Below are positions 25,923 to 32,000 of a stretch of 32,000 nt of DNA, piece by piece. The notes under the pieces are model-generated. The model made no database searches. It was not told where the DNA came from and saw only the letters and a list, made by a program, of their open reading frames with translations. This stretch comes from Bdellovibrionales bacterium (GTDB lineage Bacteria; Bdellovibrionota; Bdellovibrionia; Bdellovibrionales; UBA1609): the NCBI GenBank assembly GCA_965247685.1, contig OZ252021.1:30001-62000 (forward strand), read 5' to 3'. How positions within the stretch are numbered: position 1 is the first letter of the stretch; every line of letters starts with the position of its first letter. Position numbers and translations under genes: made by a program.

Positions 25923-28040
25923 TTAATGTGGTGGTACAACCACAGTAGTGGTGACAGTTTTAATTGTTTGAGAAAGCACATTCGTTTGACTCTCTATAGT
26001 CACTGGCTGCATTCTATCTTCCAATCTCAGTGGATCGATCCCAGCGTATTCACAATAGGTATCAAAACCTACATATCGAACAGCCTCACCTATTCTTGGA
26101 CCATTTTCTGCAGATGTAATATCCACATATTTTCCATTTTTCAAAGCTTTACAAAAGCATCTATTCTTCTTATCCAAATTACACTTCTTGTTGATAGGAG
26201 GACAGTAAGCTGAATATTGTCTCATGCGGACTTCTTTATTATTGACCTTCTTATGAGCAATACATACATAGTCTGGTCTATCTGCTCTTCCGATCGTGTA
26301 AACAGATTGGATGGAATCCGATCCATGCACATTAAATGTTCTTGGAAAAGCAAGATCCACCACTGGAGGATCACCCACTATTCCCGTATCGCAAGTCCCG
26401 TCTTGTTCTATAGCAGAACCATCCGGACAGCACGCACCACCTACAGGCATAGCATTTCCATCAGGACAACACACTCCAGAAGGCGCAGAACCATCTGTAC
26501 ATGTGACTGCAACCGAACAAATTCCACTTGCGGGTTTAGGTGAGTTGTTTGGACATTTGCATATATTTGTATTGCTGGAATTAGCCTGTGTTTGAGCAAA
26601 CTTGTAAGAACCATTATTACATGCACACATTCCTGAACCATCTTTTGTGGAACCTGTAGGACATTGAGGACAGGAAAATGTGGAATCGGAAACATGAGCC
26701 TGCTTCGTTGGTTCATATTTACATATACATTGATCCACATTAAGTTCTGCATCTGAAGGACACGGAGAACAGTTGATTGAGGAATCTCCAAAAGCTGCAA
26801 CTATGCTTGGGTTATCAATACATTGACATCCTTCAGCGCCTTTATTCCTCGTTCCAGACACAGGACATCCTTTACAACTTAAACTCTTTAACGCAGTCAC
26901 ACTCGTGATAGAAGCAGACGGACGGTTTTGAACACTGGGGTCTGTAGAATTTTCTCTATGAAAAACACAGGCACATTGACTAGAATTGATAGGCGCCACA
27001 TTGAAGAGCACTCGCCAATTTGCATGATCTCTTGTTACAAATCGTTCGTGATTGTCCATCCACCAATTAACATTAGAAGAGTTTGCAGATTCTTTTAAAG
27101 ATGCAGCAACAAAGCTTCTAAGACCATTGTCATCCAAACTCACATCACGATCAGGATAAGGAGTACAGCAACTTTGTCCCTTTAGATTTCCTGCCTGTTT
27201 GCCAGGAAAAGCATCGCAAAGACAACTACGTTCATTGCTATCATAACTGGATCCAAAAGGACACTGAGTACAAGATAAGGAACTTCCTAACGGAGCTTGT
27301 CTGGTTGGATCATTATCACACCTACATACAACAGAACTATCTGGATTTGTATGTCGAGTTGTCTCCGGAGAGCATGCTGTTGTACTACAATTATTAGGTA
27401 AATTCCCTCCTATTGGGAAAGTGATACTCGGATCACTCGTACAACCACAGAATAAATTTTCAATTTGCTCTAGTTGCTGTTGTGAGAATTGGTATGGATT
27501 ACCCCCAAAATTACCACTTTCAGCATCTGTTCGGAGTTCACTTCCTGCTGGACATCTACTACGACAAACCGAAGGCAAAGGTTGATTTGTTGGGAATGTA
27601 ACAGTATTTCTCAAAACACACCTGCAAACTGGCTCAATGTCTGCTCCTTCGAATACAATACTTCCTGCTGGACAAGTTCTTGTAGCAGGATCTGTAGCAG
27701 GATCGAGAGTGGGATCGAGAGTGGGATCGGGACAATTCTGAGGTATATTTTCTGCTCCGTAGAAACCTACATCACCCGGACATAAACATATTTCCTGCCA
27801 TGCATTAACACTTGGACTATTACCAAAACCACTAGTCGTGGCGCGATAGAAGTTTCCTCCCGCACACTTGCCCTGTAGATGCTGATGAGCACCAGCATTA
27901 GAATCAGTATGAGCACTTGTATAAAAACTGCCGAAACAGATTACAGCCAAAATAAACCAATATTTTTTTGTACAAAAAGGTGCAAAAAAATATTTATTAA
28001 AAGTTTTCATCCAATTTATGTTATCCATATTTTCGTTCAT
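25923..28040 (-). CDS. secreted cysteine-rich repeat protein (705 aa), unknown function
   Basis: The ATG at 28040 lies 2 nt after the upstream stop. A hydrophobic signal segment KKYWFILAVICFGSFYTSAHT is present; an alternative start exists at Met11. A hand count gives about 52 Cys. There are 11 CxC motifs and repeated CxxCP.GS / CPAGS modules between about aa 59 and 550. Confidence 0.8.
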   Translation of the reverse strand: MNENMDNINWMKTFNKYFFAPFCTKKYWFILAVICFGSFYTSAHTDSNAGAHQHLQGKCAGGNFYRATTSGFGNSPSVNAWQEICLCPGDVGFYGAENIPQNCPDPTLDPTLDPATDPATRTCPAGSIVFEGADIEPVCRCVLRNTVTFPTNQPLPSVCRSRCPAGSELRTDAESGNFGGNPYQFSQQQLEQIENLFCGCTSDPSITFPIGGNLPNNCSTTACSPETTRHTNPDSSVVCRCDNDPTRQAPLGSSLSCTQCPFGSSYDSNERSCLCDAFPGKQAGNLKGQSCCTPYPDRDVSLDDNGLRSFVAASLKESANSSNVNWWMDNHERFVTRDHANWRVLFNVAPINSSQCACVFHRENSTDPSVQNRPSASITSVTALKSLSCKGCPVSGTRNKGAEGCQCIDNPSIVAAFGDSSINCSPCPSDAELNVDQCICKYEPTKQAHVSDSTFSCPQCPTGSTKDGSGMCACNNGSYKFAQTQANSSNTNICKCPNNSPKPASGICSVAVTCTDGSAPSGVCCPDGNAMPVGGACCPDGSAIEQDGTCDTGIVGDPPVVDLAFPRTFNVHGSDSIQSVYTIGRADRPDYVCIAHKKVNNKEVRMRQYSAYCPPINKKCNLDKKNRCFCKALKNGKYVDITSAENGPRIGEAVRYVGFDTYCEYAGIDPLRLEDRMQPVTIESQTNVLSQTIKTVTTTVVVPPH
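27681..27728. repeat. two adjacent perfect 12-bp tandem duplications (tgtagcaggatc x2, gagagtgggatc x2), in frame, encoding DPTL-DPTL-DPAT-DPAT
   Basis: Read directly from the sequence: 27681..27692 = 27693..27704, and 27705..27716 = 27717..27728. Confidence 0.9.
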
Positions 28041-28042
28041 AC

Positions 28043-29758
28043 TTACCTACTTAATGGAAGAGTGGCTAAACTCCCAGCTCCAAAAACGTTAGAGAGAAAT
28101 CGCGGCGGAGTCGATCCTCCTCCCGGAAGAGGTCTTGTAGATGTCATACAACCTCCAAGAGAAATGGCACTTCCACTGCAACCCGGCCAATTGTTTCGTT
28201 GACACAAAGCTTGCACTGCAGTCAGCTGAGAATTTGCTAAAGCAGGGAGAGTTGCTGGTGCCGGACAAGAAAAAGGCTGCACCGACGTCCCACTGGCTCT
28301 CGCCACAACATGAGGCCCTTGAATCACACCATCACATGTTAATGTTCCACGACATACAGAACCATCTGGGCCCGTAACATCTGTTCCCAGAGTACCTATT
28401 CTTCTCTGCCTGCAAGTACAATTCATCCGCTTCACGTTCACTTCGTAATAGCTTGAATAATAACAAGGTATTAAATCTTGAATAACACGAGAACCTCCAG
28501 GACCAACAGGTCTAGGAGAACTTCCACTTGCAAACTCTCTCGCCCTTACAATATGTTGACCCAAACTAGATTTCGTATCCCTATCAAGATCTTCTCTTTT
28601 AAGAGCAATGTCAAAAAGCACTCCCGGTCCTTTATTTAATACTTTGAGTTCTTTTCGCAAAAGTTGAGTTCCCTTAGGATAATTGCCAAGAACCGCCGCA
28701 TTTTGTATCGTATTGTAGTCACTAAGACCCACACAACGAGGATATTCATTGTCGTAATGTTCGTTATAAGCCGACTCACACTTCATAGCACAAGATTCAG
28801 ACGCTATAGGTCTGATATGAAAGGTGGAAAAAGGACGGCGAACCGCCGCATTCATTACAATCTTCTGCTTCTTCACATCCTTAGATACTTGGTAAGGAAC
28901 CACCACGCTCACGAAGACCATGGAATCATCACTATCTTGCACAGGATAATAATCACAAACAGTATGAGCTCCATCTACTGTATATTGACCATTAGAATCT
29001 TTAATTTTACAAAGAACAGAAGGCATCCCCATATAACCAGCATAGTTAAGTCTCATATCCAAAGGATAATCATCATCTTCTTTTGTGGGAGGGGCGTAAG
29101 GACAAAGTCCGTCTACTTCTAATAGAGTTCTAGTGTCCCGGCAAATCACACCTTTATCCGCAATGGAAAGAGCAGCACGAACACTTGGATCATTCGCATT
29201 ACGAACAGCCCAAGTAATTTCTGCATTTTTAAAAAGTGTATGGTAATCATTTTTAAGGTCGGTATCGAGAGGATTAAAAACTAAATATGCTTTGCCTTCC
29301 ATTTGATTGTTGTAAGGGGAAGGTAAATTGACAGTTTTAAACCAAGAAGGCTTACCTGAAGGAGGTTGCCCTAATAACCCTAAACTATCATAGAAATCAT
29401 GGGCAATTTTATTGACCACTCCATTTGGATTAGAATTTCCGTCCAAATCTTCTCGAGGCAAAGGACCTATTTGATAGCATCCGCGGACCTGCTTTTTCCA
29501 TCCATCATTTTCATTTCCTATTTGAGCATTAGAGCAAATGACCACATTTTTTTGTACCATTAAAGTCGCTAAAGCAATCGATTTTTGGGCTAAGATAAAA
29601 GCCTGTTGTTGATTCAGCCCTTGTGCTGCACCACTGGCAAAGTTTTGAGCCACTTGATGAGTCGCCATAATGGTCGCAGCCACAACACCTGAAGCCATTA
29701 AAGAAAGGACTAAACTTCCTTTTTTTCCAAGCATTTTTTTTGTTCTTTTAAATATCAA
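28043..29758 (-). CDS. exported protein of unknown function (571 aa) with pseudopilin/PilX-like N-terminus; first gene of the operon
   Basis: The ORF track start at 29758 is TTG. An in-frame ATG at 29734 gives MLGKKG/SLVLSLMASGVVAATIMATHQ. About 23 Cys are scattered through the protein. The C-terminal third is rich in Gly, Pro and Cys. I see no recognisable family. The start codon is uncertain because neither candidate has a strong SD. Confidence 0.72.
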   Translation of the reverse strand: MIFKRTKKMLGKKGSLVLSLMASGVVAATIMATHQVAQNFASGAAQGLNQQQAFILAQKSIALATLMVQKNVVICSNAQIGNENDGWKKQVRGCYQIGPLPREDLDGNSNPNGVVNKIAHDFYDSLGLLGQPPSGKPSWFKTVNLPSPYNNQMEGKAYLVFNPLDTDLKNDYHTLFKNAEITWAVRNANDPSVRAALSIADKGVICRDTRTLLEVDGLCPYAPPTKEDDDYPLDMRLNYAGYMGMPSVLCKIKDSNGQYTVDGAHTVCDYYPVQDSDDSMVFVSVVVPYQVSKDVKKQKIVMNAAVRRPFSTFHIRPIASESCAMKCESAYNEHYDNEYPRCVGLSDYNTIQNAAVLGNYPKGTQLLRKELKVLNKGPGVLFDIALKREDLDRDTKSSLGQHIVRAREFASGSSPRPVGPGGSRVIQDLIPCYYSSYYEVNVKRMNCTCRQRRIGTLGTDVTGPDGSVCRGTLTCDGVIQGPHVVARASGTSVQPFSCPAPATLPALANSQLTAVQALCQRNNWPGCSGSAISLGGCMTSTRPLPGGGSTPPRFLSNVFGAGSLATLPLSR

Positions 29759-29769
29759 AATTTTCTGCC

Positions 29770-29880
29770 CTGCTTTTGTTTTCTCTTTTAGTTATTTTTT
29801 ATCGAAAAATTATCTTTATAAATTTACAAACAAAATTATTAATTTAAATTTCATAAACAACCAGTAAAAAAACAAAGCAG
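29770..29880. repeat. imperfect inverted repeat (ctgcttttgtttt ... aaaacaaagcag) bracketing the AT-rich region upstream of the operon
   Basis: Arm 29770..29782 is the reverse complement of arm 29869..29880 except for one extra T. The arms are separated by about 86 nt of AT-rich DNA. The arms themselves are partly low-complexity. Confidence 0.5.
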
Positions 29881-30047
29881 CAATCTATATTTGAAGACAC
29901 GGAGATCTGCACAGCAATACTTTGTCCCACCATTCTCCTGTAAGAGTTTTTGTATGTCAAATTGAGTGCCATTTTTTAAACTGAGGTGTGTCACATCAAT
30001 ACAATAGACTGGGATTCTTAAAAAAGTGTATCAATTCAATACAAAAT

Positions 30048-30956
30048 CTAAAATTTTATACCTTTAGAAAAAGTCCTATAAAAAATCTGTGGAAATTGGG
30101 TTTCCAAAACAAAGTTTCCCTTTTCAGGTCGAATTTGAGCTAAAGCTCCTAAAGGCAGAGGATCATTAATAGCACCATGACCACAAGGTAAATTCACAAA
30201 GACTGGAAACCTTTGAGACTTTGACCAAGGTTGAAGAACCTCTTTCACAATAGTACGATTATGCTGAGTCCACTTGCCAAAAATGACTGCTCGAACCTTT
30301 TGAAACACTTTTGCTTCCTTCATCTGCCATAAAGCACGATGCACCTCATAAGGCTTCGTATTTACATCTTCTAAAAACAGAATTTGATTCTTCCTAGAAA
30401 CAAAAACAGGAGTTTGAATAGAATTTTGAATGAGTGTGAGATTCCCACCCGTCAACAAAGCCTTCACCAATCCTGATTTTTGATTAATGATCTTTAAAGG
30501 GAAAAATTGGGCAGGTTTTTGAAATATATTTTTAAACTTTTTTAAAGAAGATGATGAAAGTGAAGAAAGAGAAGCCAAACAAGGAAAGTGCAAAGTCGGC
30601 CAGCGCAATTGATGGTGAATCCAATCATGGATCACAGTCACATCACTATGGCCAATAAATAATTTTCGAATAGGCGGTTTAGTTTTAAGCTTTTTGAGTC
30701 TTTTTATAATTCTTTGACTTCCATATCCCCCTCTCAAAGCCCAAATAATTGAAGAATCTTTAGACCACAAAGCTTTTTTGAAATTATTATAAGCCTCTTT
30801 TTCATTTTGAGCAAAAAATAAGGAATTTCTTTTCGACCCTGTTAGACGAAACTTCATGTTTTTAAAAATTAATTTTAAAACTAAAAATGCCTCTTGAATT
30901 TCTTTGGCACTGGCGGAAGAAGCTGGAGTCACAACATCCACAATAACGGGCTTCAT
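30048..30956 (-). CDS. ldcA: LD-carboxypeptidase (peptidase S66, LdcA/MccF family)
   Basis: 302 aa. It contains ...ALRGGYGS..., the nucleophile motif IGHSDVTVIH, ...FLEDVNTKPYEVHRALWQM... and ...PCGHG, which together supply the Ser/Glu/His elements of S66. Its ATG overlaps the purF TGA (ATGA at 30953..30956, minus strand). Confidence 0.85.
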   Translation of the reverse strand: MKPVIVDVVTPASSASAKEIQEAFLVLKLIFKNMKFRLTGSKRNSLFFAQNEKEAYNNFKKALWSKDSSIIWALRGGYGSQRIIKRLKKLKTKPPIRKLFIGHSDVTVIHDWIHHQLRWPTLHFPCLASLSSLSSSSLKKFKNIFQKPAQFFPLKIINQKSGLVKALLTGGNLTLIQNSIQTPVFVSRKNQILFLEDVNTKPYEVHRALWQMKEAKVFQKVRAVIFGKWTQHNRTIVKEVLQPWSKSQRFPVFVNLPCGHGAINDPLPLGALAQIRPEKGNFVLETQFPQIFYRTFSKGIKF

Positions 30957-32000
30957 AAAGACTCCACTCGTGTCGGGTAATTATGAGTGAAACAAGCATT
31001 ACAAAATCCATTTTGATTGGAATCCATAGTCGACATCAATTTTTCAACGGATAAAAAGCAAAGAGAGTCTGCTTCAAGATACTCTCTTATCTCTTCTAAA
31101 TTTTTTTGAGCTGCAATCAGCTGCGATTTTTGAGGTGTATCTACTCCATAGTGGCAAGGTCCAATCACAGGAGGAGAAGCGACACGAAAATGAACTTCTT
31201 TAGCCCCCGCCTGCAAAAGTATTTTTACTATCGCTTTAGAAGTCGTTCCCCGCACAATGGAATCATCAATCACAATCACTCGTTTTCCTTTAATGACACT
31301 GGTTTGTGGGTTGAGTTTTATTTTGACCTTAAAGTTTCTTACACTGGAACTTGGGTGAATGAATGTGCGGCCCACATAGTGATTACGAGTAATACCAAGT
31401 TCGAAAGGAATTTTGCTTTCTTCTGAATAGCCCAAGGCGGAAACCACTCCACTGTCCGGAACAGGAACCACTACATCTGCGTCCACAGGGCTTTCTTGTG
31501 CCAAAGCCTTCCCTAGTTTTTTTCTATTGAGATAAACATTGGAGCCAAAAACATAGCTGTCCGGCCTTGCAAAATAAATATGCTCAAAAACACAAGCCTT
31601 TCTTTTTTCTTTTTGATTCAAATAAGTAGAGGATAATTTATTTCCTTGAGAAATAGTAAGAACTTCTCCCTGTTCAATTTCCCGAATGTATTCTGCACTC
31701 AAGAGATCAAATGCACAAGTTTCAGAAGCCACCACATAAGACATTCCATTCTCTGATTTTTTTTTCCCCAACACGAGAGGACGAAAACCTCGAGGATCTC
31801 TGACTGCAATCAAGCTCTCAGGTGTGAGTAATACTAAACTGTAAGCTCCCTCCAATAAAGAAAGAGATTGAATTAAAGCTTCATGAAAAGATAAGGATTT
31901 TTTCATCCGTTGATGAATCAGATGGATTAAACATTCTGTGTCGCTGGAGCCTTGAAAAAAAAATCCATCTTGAATTAATTGTTCTTTAACACTTTTAAAA
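30953..32000 (-). CDS. purF: amidophosphoribosyltransferase, C-terminal about 350 codons (5' end beyond the window)
   Basis: The PRPP-binding motif VIVIDDSIVRGTT is present, as are the C-terminal Fe-S Cys residues ...GFCNACFTHNYP. The frame stays open upstream of the track's Met at 31906 through to 32000 (...FKSVKEQLIQDGFFFQGSSDTECLIHLIHQRM...), so the gene continues past the window edge. Confidence 0.9.
   Translation of the reverse strand, partial: FKSVKEQLIQDGFFFQGSSDTECLIHLIHQRMKKSLSFHEALIQSLSLLEGAYSLVLLTPESLIAVRDPRGFRPLVLGKKKSENGMSYVVASETCAFDLLSAEYIREIEQGEVLTISQGNKLSSTYLNQKEKRKACVFEHIYFARPDSYVFGSNVYLNRKKLGKALAQESPVDADVVVPVPDSGVVSALGYSEESKIPFELGITRNHYVGRTFIHPSSSVRNFKVKIKLNPQTSVIKGKRVIVIDDSIVRGTTSKAIVKILLQAGAKEVHFRVASPPVIGPCHYGVDTPQKSQLIAAQKNLEEIREYLEADSLCFLSVEKLMSTMDSNQNGFCNACFTHNYPTRVESL

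Noticed and set aside
26217-26800. ORFs of 94-119 aa in other frames or on the other strand within the 705-aa gene (26217..26543 +, 26311..26595 +, 26441..26800 -).
   Set aside because: They overlap a longer ORF that has clear repeat architecture and operon context. They have no independent start signals and are probably a by-product of the locally higher GC content.
29720-29741. A7 and A8 homopolymer runs (minus strand) at the very 5' end of the first operon gene. These could be phase-variation tracts.
   Set aside because: The runs encode Lys-Lys in a basic leader and are short for slipped-strand switches. A-runs of this length occur throughout this AT-rich window, for example in intergenic regions and other genes. 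No frameshifted alternative ORF is evident.
30019-30043. On the minus strand: TGTAT-TGAATTG-ATACA followed by CTTTTTT, just after the ldcA stop. It is a candidate intrinsic terminator.
   Set aside because: The stem is only 5 bp and entirely A/T-rich apart from one G:C pair. The predicted stability is very low, and such sequences arise by chance in AT-rich DNA. I note it as a weak possibility only.
1-32000. I searched by eye for tRNA, rRNA or other structured RNA genes, CRISPR repeat-spacer arrays, IS elements with terminal inverted repeats, and integrase, transposase or phage genes. I also looked for known defence or toxin-antitoxin modules.
   Set aside because: None was found. Non-coding gaps (1364..1482, 2848..3170, 16252..16614, 18670..18800, 20611..20939, 29759..30047) show no cloverleaf-like or regularly spaced repeat structure. 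No ORF has recombinase, nuclease or ATPase defence-type motifs. An Infernal/Rfam and ISfinder scan would be needed to be definitive.

Overview
This is an AT-rich bacterial chromosomal window that is almost entirely coding. I saw no rRNA, tRNA, CRISPR array, transposase or integrase. Positions 1-20.6 kb are mostly housekeeping genes. They include three outer-membrane beta-barrel genes, a mitochondrial-type EF-G overlapping dcd, a DUF21-CBS (CNNM) membrane protein, and a long minus-strand string uvrB<gltX<carD<spoT<rpoZ<gmk headed by two tandem paralogous lipoprotein genes. After that come oligopeptidase B, an ApaH-like phosphatase and a signal-peptide-bearing ankyrin-repeat protein. The right edge carries ldcA (LD-carboxypeptidase) overlapping purF, which runs off the window. 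The EF-G type, a CarD/CdnL-like regulator and the OMP family suggest a Bdellovibrionota/Oligoflexia-like organism, but this is inference only. The stand-out region is 20940-29758 on the minus strand: a tightly packed three-gene operon (571, 705 and 1655 aa; gaps of 2 and 15 nt). It encodes exported, extremely cysteine-rich proteins in which I recognise no enzymatic or otherwise characterised family. The first and third proteins share a short basic leader ending in Gly plus a hydrophobic helix, which resembles PilX/GspK-class minor pseudopilins. The middle protein is built from reiterated CxC / CxxCPxGS modules, and the giant protein ends in a 203-aa Cys-rich tail containing a 45-bp in-frame tandem duplication. 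Spot counts suggest the block is more GC-rich than its surroundings. At its 3' edge lies a decayed, indel-riddled partial duplicate of the neighbouring ankyrin gene. I propose the operon as a candidate undescribed pilus-tip or surface adhesion system. All family calls rest on motif recognition by eye and need HMM and structure confirmation.
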